From positions 96,001 through 160,000 of IMG/VR virus record IMGVR_UViG_3300044557_000292: a DNA stretch of 64,000 bases; one strand, 5' to 3'. The DNA is from a virus. Taxonomy: Duplodnaviria; Heunggongvirae; Uroviricota; Caudoviricetes. The stretch's first letter is position 1; the number at the start of each line of letters is the position of its first letter. Shown here piece after piece: positions 8,780 to 17,273 of this stretch. Under the pieces are notes generated by a model. That model was not told the DNA's origin. It did no database searches and saw only the letters and a program-made list of their open reading frames with translations. Position numbers and translations under genes: made by a program.

Positions 8780-9639
8780 TCCCTGGTAAGAGATTCCTCG
8801 TACTCATCCTCCGCATCTGCAAGTACGTCTGCCGTCCATTCCGGGACGTCGTCCCAGGGATAGGGTTCTAGGGTGAGGCCATACAGGCAGTCTGCCTGCA
8901 TGATTTGGCTCACACCGTCAACCCTGGTGGGCCCATCTGGTCCAATGACCATATCACCGATCTTAACCCCGCCCATCGTCGTCTCTGTTCCATCGGCCAG
9001 TGGGATGATCGTGTCGAGGGTGAGTGGTCCTCCGCAGTTATGGGTCGGCACGCCGCTCTTCATGACCTCATCGTACTCATCCTTGTCAACGCGATACTCG
9101 ACACCGTTGCTCGATGGGATCGTCTTCAAATCGGGCTGATCGGTATTCGACCAATTGCCCTTCTGATCAGTATGCTCGAGTAGGCTAGAGTCATTGCTAG
9201 ATGCGAGTAGGAATGTGTGCGTCGGTGAGTCAACCCTAAGGCACTGCACCTTGATCTTGTCAGCATCATTGTCATCAACGAGCAGGCAACTCTTCACCAT
9301 CCAATGCTTGACTGCACCATCCGGCGTCATGATCGGCGCGAGGATTGGGTGATGACCCCTGGTAGTCCACGTGGCGATGTCCCCCGTGCTCGCCTCAGTC
9401 TCCCCCCTGTATGCTAGGGGGACGTCTGACGATGATGGGTCAAGTGGCCATACGTGACCAGCGTCAGCATTGTATGAATCCACATGACCATACGTGTCAA
9501 CGAACGTGATCCTGTAAAGCTCGCTCGGAGTCTCAGCACTAGTCTTGGAGAGGACTATCGAGATTCTTCCATCGGCATCAATAGTCCTATCGCCAGTCTT
9601 CACGTCAGCAAGACGCTTCGGCATCATCATCCATCTCAT
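8776..9639 (-). CDS. Double split-intein splint protein: Int1C (9037-9639) - extein CGG (9028-9036) - Int2N (8776-9027)
   Basis: LADVKTGD..ADAGHVW..VQCLRVDSPTHTF..GVPTHN|CGG|PLTLDTIIP..GVKIGDMVIGPDG; start from ATATCTT-N6-ATG at 9646-9652. Confidence 0.88.
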   Translation of the reverse strand: MRWMMMPKRLADVKTGDRTIDADGRISIVLSKTSAETPSELYRITFVDTYGHVDSYNADAGHVWPLDPSSSDVPLAYRGETEASTGDIATWTTRGHHPILAPIMTPDGAVKHWMVKSCLLVDDNDADKIKVQCLRVDSPTHTFLLASSNDSSLLEHTDQKGNWSNTDQPDLKTIPSSNGVEYRVDKDEYDEVMKSGVPTHNCGGPLTLDTIIPLADGTETTMGGVKIGDMVIGPDGPTRVDGVSQIMQADCLYGLTLEPYPWDDVPEWTADVLADAEDEYEESLTRD

Positions 9640-9769
9640 GTCATGAAGATATGAGTCTTCAATCATTCTATGCATATGTGATCACGTGTGTCCATATTGA
9701 ATTCGATGATAGATTACATGTGTTATTAATGGTGTCTGATCTTGATTGATTATAATGATGGAGGATATG

Positions 9770-10558
9770 ATGGGTGATCATGGGGAGCCACCGGAGGAGG
9801 GCGCTACCTGGGTGGAGGACTACGAGCGCGCGGGCGTCCACGTCTCCGGGTACTGGCGTGGTAGGGATGGGCATAAGATCTATCAGGTGGAGGAGTCGGG
9901 GCCACGGTCCCTTGGAGGCGGCTTTGACCCTGGGGATTCTAACGTTCTTAGGAAGAAGAGACCTGGCGAGCGTGACTGGGATCGCGTGAACGTGAGGATC
10001 GAGAATCTTATCCATAAGGAAGGTCGTCTATCGAAGGGGGACGTTGAGGGTCTTAAGGACACGACCGTACAGCTCATCATGTCAAAGCGTAAGATTAACA
10101 GGGGTACCTATGATAACGCTCGCGTCGCATACGAGATAGATCCAGACTCTGCCAGCATGGATGAGTACGTTGCCCTCAGTCTTTACTCCCACATCACCGC
10201 CGTCAAACTAGCTGAGTCAAAGAAACTTGACAAGAACAAGGTTGGTCTCCTCATTCATAATGGTGGTGATCTAGCCATTGAAGCCCTGGCGTCTAATCCA
10301 GATCTCCCAGACGACTGCTGGGAGATGGTTGAGTCGCAGTGCAGCTGGAATGAGGGCGTGTGCGCAAGACTTGCCTGCAATCCGTCATGGCCTAACGCTA
10401 ATGCAGCCGGGAGGCTGTATGCGAGTGGACAATGGGGTGAGATACCGGCCATGGGCGTTACGTTATTAGAACGCGGTGATCTTGATGATGACGTGAAGCG
10501 GGGTATCTTGAAGATGAATGATCAGTGGAATAAGGATCGTCGCTGGTATAATGGTTAA
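9770..10558 (+). CDS. Tag-1 protein with LRV/HEAT-like repeat C-terminus
   Basis: GGAGG SD; tag-1 motif; ALASNPDLP and LACNPSWP repeats. Confidence 0.8.
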   Translation: MGDHGEPPEEGATWVEDYERAGVHVSGYWRGRDGHKIYQVEESGPRSLGGGFDPGDSNVLRKKRPGERDWDRVNVRIENLIHKEGRLSKGDVEGLKDTTVQLIMSKRKINRGTYDNARVAYEIDPDSASMDEYVALSLYSHITAVKLAESKKLDKNKVGLLIHNGGDLAIEALASNPDLPDDCWEMVESQCSWNEGVCARLACNPSWPNANAAGRLYASGQWGEIPAMGVTLLERGDLDDDVKRGILKMNDQWNKDRRWYNG

Positions 10559-10717
10559 TCCCGTAAGACGGGGCAATGATTCCTAATATGACTACTCAAC
10601 AGAATCATATCCTGATGGTCCAGATGGCTATCACTCTAACACTCTTTAATCGGCCAGCATGAGATAAGAGGATAGACGCGAGATTGCAAGAATGAAACAC
10701 TGGGTACCATACAATGC

Positions 10718-11119
10718 ATGAGGTTGATAAAGAGCGCGATGCAAGAACATGATCAAACGATAATCGGATGCAGCCTGCTCATCGAGTATGATGGTCTTGC
10801 TAGCGAGCAGAGGGTTATTATCGTCCCCATTGAGGGATGCAACTCCTACACGATTAGGAAGCTCAAGGAATGTCATTCACCTCTTCATGATCTTACCAGC
10901 GAGCCCAACGTATCATTACTGAGGCCAATGTTCCTTGGATCCATCCTCACTGGCAGTAATGCTATTCTTGATGAGGGTACGTTGCGCACACTATCTGTAA
11001 GAAAGATTATTAGGATGATGATCACCGGCACTATGCTTGATGGATCCGTGGTGAAGATCGACATTGATCCGAATGATTCCAATCTGCGTGATGATCTCAA
11101 CCAGGTGTTAGGATTGTAG
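10718..11119 (+). CDS. Hypothetical protein
   Basis: ORF with GGTACCAT-N7-ATG leaderless start. Confidence 0.7.
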   Translation: MRLIKSAMQEHDQTIIGCSLLIEYDGLASEQRVIIVPIEGCNSYTIRKLKECHSPLHDLTSEPNVSLLRPMFLGSILTGSNAILDEGTLRTLSVRKIIRMMITGTMLDGSVVKIDIDPNDSNLRDDLNQVLGL

Positions 11120-11272
11120 GGATAACAGAAATAGTCGATTTTCGTTAAACAAGTAGATCTAATCTACAAGCTCTATAAGATAATTGGGGCGCTTGGACCA
11201 CGTTTCAGGGTGGCTGCTAATTGGGGGGCGGACGGCAGAGAATAAGAATGCTGATTGACCTTGTAATTAGAT

Positions 11273-11400
11273 CTCGTGATTCTATGACGATTCAGCGCTC
11301 AGGAAGTAACGTTATACATGAGGACGCTTTTCCAAGCATCATCGTTAAGATTATCATCAGAAGCACAGTAGCCCGTTACGTTCTGGCAATAGTTGAATCT
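11273..11400 (-). repeat. ~128-bp intergenic repeat R1, copy 1 (inverted relative to copies 2 and 3)
   Basis: Reverse complement aligns without gaps to 38047-38174 and 59246-59367. Confidence 0.9.
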
Positions 11401-11434
11401 CATTTGATCTTATGGATCATATAATGCCGCAATC

Positions 11435-12091
11435 TCACTGCTCTTTACGCAGTATAGCATTCTTGATGAGTGTCATGGTCGTGTCACTGCTGGATATCTC
11501 ATCCGCGCACTTCTTGAGCAGCTCGTGAATAGAGCCATCCTCGTCTCTAACATTCCTCTTATAGTTGATCTGATGCTCTAGTGATGACCATGCGTCCATT
11601 GCGATCGTCCTGATTTGAATCTCCGCCTTGATCTTCCCATCACCTGGAATCGTGACGATAAGGTGATAACTCCTGTAACCACTAGGCTTGGGACGGGCTA
11701 TGTAGTCTTTCTCCTCGATGACTGAGCCTCCCCTTCCTACGATAAGATCTTTTATGATTCCAACGGCGTCATAGACGTTGTCCGTGAAGCTGCACACGAC
11801 GCGAACACCAACCACATCATGCATCATGTTAACGGCCGTGCGCCCATCTAAACCCATATTGTTTTTTGAGAGCTTCTCCATCATTGACGACGGATCTTTG
11901 ATCCTACCATTCACGTACTCAATCGGCTCGACGCCGGGCTCCTCACCCCTGCCCATCTGGTCAGAGCAGTCGCGGAGTATCTTCATAAGCCATTGGTACG
12001 CTGAGGTCAACATTTGTAATGATTCACCATAATATTCTTCATAGGAAGTCCTGTCCCCAATGATTCCATCTGGAGCGGCCATTGTGATCAT
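11435..12091 (-). CDS. Small alarmone synthetase (RelP/RelQ-type (p)ppGpp synthetase)
   Basis: GRIKxxxSxxEK, HDVVGVRVV, KDYIARPKPSGYRSYH, EIQIRTIAMDAWSSLEH..YK. Confidence 0.92.
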   Translation of the reverse strand: MITMAAPDGIIGDRTSYEEYYGESLQMLTSAYQWLMKILRDCSDQMGRGEEPGVEPIEYVNGRIKDPSSMMEKLSKNNMGLDGRTAVNMMHDVVGVRVVCSFTDNVYDAVGIIKDLIVGRGGSVIEEKDYIARPKPSGYRSYHLIVTIPGDGKIKAEIQIRTIAMDAWSSLEHQINYKRNVRDEDGSIHELLKKCADEISSSDTTMTLIKNAILRKEQ

Positions 12092-12261
12092 ATTCCCAGC
12101 ATCCTTCTAATTCTCATATGACCTATGATATCATTTTATTGTTATCTTGTCACATCATGTCCAATAGATGAGCTCACGATTCGGCTTAATCTTAACTATA
12201 TCTTATTAGTGACGGGAATTAGCATCAGGTTAATTTTAATTATATAGAGAAGATAAGAAGA

Positions 12262-13284
12262 GTGACTATGAAAGAGGGCCAACAGGTTAAAAAGGATGCG
12301 ATCAATAAGGAAGATCTTGAGGCAGATAAGACGAATCACACGTCTAATGTTCAGATTAGTCGCAAGAGCAAGAAGAGTCTATTCACAACTACGATTATAG
12401 CGTCCGCGGGCGCTGCGGTCACTGCGTCATTATTGACTAGCAAACTTACAGGCTATCTTAACAGTATGGCTATTGTTGCTGTAACGTCAATCGTGATAGC
12501 CATAGCTTCAGAAGCGTACTCTAGAGTACTAAAGAAGATGAGGAAGGTAAGCGCTAAAGCTCTCACGATCATACCTCTTCCAGAGCAAACGCAAAGACGA
12601 TTAGAACTCGCCGCAGCTGACACCGCGCAGATTGAACCGATAGTAACCACGCTAACCAGCAATGCATCTACAGATCATGATAGCATTGACATGCCGGTTG
12701 ATGACACGATTCCCCATAAGACGGTTAGGAGTAGGTTAAAGTCAATTGTTGATCGTCTTAGCTGGACTACGAGAATGATCATCATGGTTATGATCATAGC
12801 CATCATGTCTATAGGAGCTAGCTGGCTCATGACGACGATCATTGACCGTCCTAACGTGACGAACGTGACTGAGAGCGTGACGAGGAAAGAAGTGATCAAC
12901 CTATCTGATTCCGAGAAGAAGGCTATTCAAGATGCTGCCGTCAACGCTGTTCAGGATAAGATCTCATCATTGACTGCTAAGATAAACGATCAATCGTACA
13001 TGATAATCAAGCTTGATGATAGGATTAGTGTTCTGGAATCTAGTAAATCAAACAATGATTCAAACAATTCAACAGCAAGCCAATCACCATCAATGAGATC
13101 ATCAAATGGCACCACGCCCGGCAATCAAGATGAACAGGATGAGATTGACTCGCTGAATGATCAGATGGCAGATTTGAAGAAGTCTATGTCTAGTCTTCAA
13201 AATGAGGTCAACACGTTGAAGAGTGAAGCGTCATCAACCAGCAGTAGTGATAATCCCCGAGCGGGATCATCGTCCAATGATTAG
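12262..13284 (+). CDS. Membrane protein with coiled-coil, Ser-rich C-terminus
   Basis: Three hydrophobic segments; long ORF. Confidence 0.75.
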   Translation: MTMKEGQQVKKDAINKEDLEADKTNHTSNVQISRKSKKSLFTTTIIASAGAAVTASLLTSKLTGYLNSMAIVAVTSIVIAIASEAYSRVLKKMRKVSAKALTIIPLPEQTQRRLELAAADTAQIEPIVTTLTSNASTDHDSIDMPVDDTIPHKTVRSRLKSIVDRLSWTTRMIIMVMIIAIMSIGASWLMTTIIDRPNVTNVTESVTRKEVINLSDSEKKAIQDAAVNAVQDKISSLTAKINDQSYMIIKLDDRISVLESSKSNNDSNNSTASQSPSMRSSNGTTPGNQDEQDEIDSLNDQMADLKKSMSSLQNEVNTLKSEASSTSSSDNPRAGSSSND

Positions 13285-13497
13285 ATGCACGATTAGTGAA
13301 AGATCGTTAGGAGTAGTCTTAGCAATATTGTTGAACGTCCTGCTCCCAGTGAAGATATCCTTTACCGCATCTATGGACCATACGATCCAGTCAAACACCC
13401 AGGCGAAGAACTTGAACGGGTTTCCGAACACGGATATGATCGCGAGACCAAGACCAATGGCCAGTATCATGATTAAGATCTTCTTGATCATAAGCAC
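13267..13497 (-). CDS. Small membrane protein
   Basis: Hydrophobic N-terminal helix followed by an amphipathic Trp/Phe-rich helix. Confidence 0.5.
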   Translation of the reverse strand: MLMIKKILIMILAIGLGLAIISVFGNPFKFFAWVFDWIVWSIDAVKDIFTGSRTFNNIAKTTPNDLSLIVHLIIGR

Positions 13498-13667
13498 GCC
13501 CCTTGTTCACATGAAGTAAGAACAATATGAAATCTATCATTGTAATGAAGATATCAATGGATTGCCACTAAAACTCAAATAAGAATTATCTTGATCTGGG
13601 ATATCTTGTATACAAATGTATACATTCTCTATTAAAATGTCTTTATTAAGGAATCGTTAGGAGCATC

Positions 13668-14540
13668 ATGCAGAGAATCGTAACCCATAGCAGAAGATCA
13701 ATAGGAATCATAGCCGTCATCACGTCAGTCATACTGACTGCGGGATGCTCCTCATCATGGCTAGTTGAGAAAACCAATCAGTCCTATGAGTCTCATGGAG
13801 TGTCGTCTGCCCCATCGTCTTCAAGTGAAGGCGCTAATGATTCTGGGAGCACGTCAGATTCTAATGGTAATGACGAGACAAGCAGCCCAGATGATCTTAC
13901 CCTTCTGTCATCATGGAATTCTAGCGAAGCGCCGAACTATTACGCCGTGACCGGTAAGGCGAATCTCCCATCTGATCTGGTGGCACCAGGCAAGGTTGAC
14001 TACCAGGGACTGGATAGCCTTGGCAGGACTGGATACGCTCACGCTAACATCACGGGGAAGATGATATCCGACTCCGCGGGGTGGCGCGCACCGTTTGATG
14101 ATACAGCGGACGAGATCTCAGGATGGAGGAATCCCACGACCGGGAGGAGTAATAACGGTAAGACTAGCATCGTGCTTGACACGGGCAAGACCTACCACGG
14201 GTACTTCTACAACAGGTCTCACCTCGTGGCCGACTCCCTGGGCGGGGCGGCCACGAGAACCAACCTGATAACCGGTACGAGGATGCAGAACGTTGGCGAT
14301 AACTCCTCCAAACCGGGCGGCATGGCCTACACGGAATCACAAGTCCGTGATTATTCTAAAACCCATAATGCCGTGACGTTCGCATATTACGTTCAACCAG
14401 TCTATAAGGGCAACGAGATTGTACCTAGGGGCGTCACGGTAGACGTGAAGAGTTCTGACGGTGCTATTGACGAGCACGTGGTCGTGTGGAATTACGCGAA
14501 CGGGCACACGATAGACTATAATACTGGAGCATGGAAGTAA
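13668..14540 (+). CDS. Lipoprotein DNA/RNA non-specific endonuclease (EndA/streptodornase-like)
   Basis: Lipobox LTAGC; LDSLGRTG, YNRSHLVADSLGG, NLITGTRMQN, GGMAYTE, P.YKGNEIVPRG. Confidence 0.9.
   Translation: MQRIVTHSRRSIGIIAVITSVILTAGCSSSWLVEKTNQSYESHGVSSAPSSSSEGANDSGSTSDSNGNDETSSPDDLTLLSSWNSSEAPNYYAVTGKANLPSDLVAPGKVDYQGLDSLGRTGYAHANITGKMISDSAGWRAPFDDTADEISGWRNPTTGRSNNGKTSIVLDTGKTYHGYFYNRSHLVADSLGGAATRTNLITGTRMQNVGDNSSKPGGMAYTESQVRDYSKTHNAVTFAYYVQPVYKGNEIVPRGVTVDVKSSDGAIDEHVVVWNYANGHTIDYNTGAWK
13908..14536. repeat. 629-bp nuclease-domain duplication, inverted copy at 47464-48092
   Basis: Near-identical DNA and protein, same length, no gaps. Confidence 0.95.
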
Positions 14541-14589
14541 ACAGTACGTATGATCTTATGAATCAGTGGGATCAGTAATGATCGCCTTG

Positions 14590-15219
14590 CTAATCTGGAA
14601 GGGCAGATCGTCCATCAGATGAATACACGCCATCTGGTTCATCGTTTACCTCGTCATCTTGATAATATTCAAGAAGTTTGTCTGATGTTTCCTTCTTCAT
14701 GGCTAAACGCAAGTTCGACTCGACCACATTACGATTCTTATCTCGATGCACCGTCTCATCGGCATAGACGTCTCCGTACTTCGTTGGTATAAGATACGTC
14801 TCGCGAGTATATGAGTCATTGGGATCATTGACTGCTGACGAGAAGTCATCGGGTTCTATAGGAGTAATTCGGAGTAATTCTGGCTTACCTATTGGATACT
14901 TGGCCGGCGCGCCGTTGATCAGCACGTCGTTCATGTTACTGAGAACAGTGCCATCCTCCATATCCTCACCGAAACCAGAGTATGTCGCATAATCCCCCTT
15001 GGGAAGAATGGGCTGGCCATTCCTGTCGATTTTTGGACTAGTTTTAACTAGATTCTCCTTCTTGAGCACTGGACTAGCAAACGTTGTACTAGTTGATTCC
15101 AGTGATTGAAGTCTCTTCCCGTTCGGCCCCCTCCAGTACCCGGTGACGTGGACGCCCGCGCGCTCGTAGTCCTCGACCCAGGTAGCGCCCTGTACTGGTG
15201 GCTCACCATGATCACTCAT
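14590..15219 (-). CDS. Tag-1 hypothetical protein
   Basis: AAGGAGG SD; tag-1 motif; unrelated C-terminus. Confidence 0.8.
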   Translation of the reverse strand: MSDHGEPPVQGATWVEDYERAGVHVTGYWRGPNGKRLQSLESTSTTFASPVLKKENLVKTSPKIDRNGQPILPKGDYATYSGFGEDMEDGTVLSNMNDVLINGAPAKYPIGKPELLRITPIEPDDFSSAVNDPNDSYTRETYLIPTKYGDVYADETVHRDKNRNVVESNLRLAMKKETSDKLLEYYQDDEVNDEPDGVYSSDGRSALPD

Positions 15220-15258
15220 CTTATTCCTCCTTCATTACACGTTATTGAATAAATTAAG

Positions 15259-16275
15259 CTACCTGTTCATATATTCTGGGAGTACGTCCCTAATCATGTC
15301 CGCGGCCTCATGGAAGCTGGCTGCCGCCCATTGGTCGCCGTCATATTCAGCATCGTCTCCCGCATCGTCATACTGATCAACTTTGTCCAGGAGTTCGTGG
15401 GCAGCTATTGACGCCGATGTGGAATCAATGAATGAGTTGTGTTTAACGATGCCATCAATATCGCTCGCAACCGACCCATAAACAATCTTTGAGTGGTCAT
15501 CAGTAACGTCTCTCCTAGACCTCATGTAGGAATCTTTGAGCTTGGACACCCTGTCCTTGAATTCTAATCCAATTGGGCTGGTATCACTAACGGGTATCTT
15601 CCAAGCGTCATTCTTATCTACGCCCTCGTACACGTCTGAGGTCAATTCCCCATCACTGCTCATGTGGAGGATCACAGCGTCATCATTGCCCGTCTTGTCA
15701 TTGTACACGTATCCTCTGTAATCACCTGGTAACAAGCGATTGGAAAGAACAGCACCGTAAGCCTCATCTACGTCTCCATCCTGGTCTCCTATAACGCTGA
15801 GGTAGAGGTTCCTGGTTGACCCAGAATCTAGCCTTAGAGTCGGAGCGTAATTGCTCTCATCAACGGAGCTAACGGAAGGATCGATGATTAGTGATGCCTC
15901 TTCAACGTGAGCGCCATTAAGATCTGCTTCCATTGCCTTCGTAATCTCGGTTTGAGACCTTACCCGGCCTCCATTCCCTAGATCGTTCATGATGCGTCTA
16001 ATATTACCCGGATTGCCATTATGGTCAGCCTTGCTCGCAGCGGTCTGAAGGGCTGTCCATTGAGCTTTGGCTTCCTTGCTGGCAAAATTGGAGTGGCCAG
16101 CCTTCTTCTTACTCAAGACGTTTACAGGAGTGCTTGGCCTGCCACCATTAGATTCTCCGATGATGATCTTATGGCCATCTTTACCCCTCCAGTAGCCTGA
16201 CACGTGAGAGCCGGCTCTCTCGTACCCCTCAACCCACGTAGCACCCTGTTCTGGTGGTTCCACATGATCTTCCAT
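15259..16275 (-). CDS. Tag-1 hypothetical protein
   Basis: GGAGG SD before MEDHVEPP; tag-1 motif; unrelated C-terminus. Confidence 0.8.
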   Translation of the reverse strand: MEDHVEPPEQGATWVEGYERAGSHVSGYWRGKDGHKIIIGESNGGRPSTPVNVLSKKKAGHSNFASKEAKAQWTALQTAASKADHNGNPGNIRRIMNDLGNGGRVRSQTEITKAMEADLNGAHVEEASLIIDPSVSSVDESNYAPTLRLDSGSTRNLYLSVIGDQDGDVDEAYGAVLSNRLLPGDYRGYVYNDKTGNDDAVILHMSSDGELTSDVYEGVDKNDAWKIPVSDTSPIGLEFKDRVSKLKDSYMRSRRDVTDDHSKIVYGSVASDIDGIVKHNSFIDSTSASIAAHELLDKVDQYDDAGDDAEYDGDQWAAASFHEAADMIRDVLPEYMNR

Positions 16276-16364
16276 TCTATCCTCCATTCGTATGCCTTTG
16301 TAAAAATCTAACGAAGGATTAATCAATGGAATTCGCTCAAGAAGGTCTAGTTAGGGTAACCGTC

Positions 16365-16613
16365 TCATTCTGACATAAGATCTTCAATGAACTTACGCAC
16401 GACTGGTATGGGGGCCCGCACTCCCTGCGATTTGGCCTGAAGATTAATTCTTATAGCCAGCTTCCGCGCGTCAACATCGTGACTACCCCCGTTAAGAGCG
16501 TAGATCCTCTGGCGCAATGCTTCCCTCTTCGCCGGATCAGACTCAACGGCTGATCCCAACGCTGCGAATCCTGCAAGTGATGGGACTCCTGATTTCCTTG
16601 ACTTCTTATCCAT
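16365..16613 (-). CDS. Small hypothetical protein
   Basis: Follows the upstream gene's stop closely; GGAG SD. Confidence 0.55.
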   Translation of the reverse strand: MDKKSRKSGVPSLAGFAALGSAVESDPAKREALRQRIYALNGGSHDVDARKLAIRINLQAKSQGVRAPIPVVRKFIEDLMSE

Positions 16614-16615
16614 AA

Positions 16616-17191
16616 TCATCTTCTCCAGTTCAATAGGAACAATGAACCGTACAGCATCATGAACACGCCGATTACAAGATTCCACGAGCCAATGAATGGT
16701 ATTGGCCAGGCGAGGGACGAGAGTAGCGAGATGACCGTAAACACGAGACCAATGCCCATGATTGTAAAGATGAACGTCATCATCCCCTGGGAGTATGATG
16801 AGGATTTGTCATCATATCCTTCCTTGTGAAGAGTGTCCTTAGTCTTATTAGCATCATCTTGAGTCATCGCGTCAATGAACTTCATGATGTCGGAATCAGC
16901 ATCAATATCGGGAGTGACATTAGCTTCAGACGTATTGTCCTCTTCTGCGGAAGAACTAACATTGGAATCGTCAGACAGGCCAGATTGTCTATCAACGTCA
17001 CGTTTGCTAGCACCCTTGGACATTGCAGAGTCGACTGAATCAACTATGGAATCAATGTCATGATCAGATTCGTCTTTAGTTAAATGATCATGATCAATAA
17101 CGTCCTCATTGTTGTCCTCATGATCAAGTCCGTCATACATCTTGTTAATCTCATTCTGAATCGTGTCATTCAGCTTATTCTCTACGGCCAT
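16616..17191 (-). CDS. Acidic protein with two C-terminal TM helices
   Basis: ATATCTT-N6-ATG start; hydrophobic C-terminus. Confidence 0.75.
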   Translation of the reverse strand: MAVENKLNDTIQNEINKMYDGLDHEDNNEDVIDHDHLTKDESDHDIDSIVDSVDSAMSKGASKRDVDRQSGLSDDSNVSSSAEEDNTSEANVTPDIDADSDIMKFIDAMTQDDANKTKDTLHKEGYDDKSSSYSQGMMTFIFTIMGIGLVFTVISLLSSLAWPIPFIGSWNLVIGVFMMLYGSLFLLNWRR

Positions 17192-17273
17192 GAGGATAAG
17201 ATATGTTAGCGCGGCGCCCCTCCCTGTTCTTGTTTAAGGGCGCTTCGATCGGTAAGACGCATATCTTAATCAT

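Noticed and set aside
4859-9639. Reading the intein/FtsK fragments as a decayed pseudogene
   Set aside because: Both frames are intact, catalytic intein residues are retained, each gene has a conserved promoter, and the Int2 halves are complementary. Not fully excluded until the partner genes are found.
9668-10015. Minus-strand ORF upstream of the splint gene as the missing N-extein/Int1N, via frameshift
   Set aside because: It is the antisense shadow of the tag-1 gene, has no FtsK or intein block-A sequence, and the splint gene has its own ATATCTT-N6-ATG start.
11180-11270. tRNA-like GC-rich stretch
   Set aside because: No T-loop (GTTCRA) or consistent cloverleaf; no tRNA was recognised anywhere in the window by eye.
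13908-14536. Diversity-generating retroelement template/variable repeat pair
   Set aside because: Both copies are coding, the differences are not adenine-specific, and no reverse transcriptase is present in the window.
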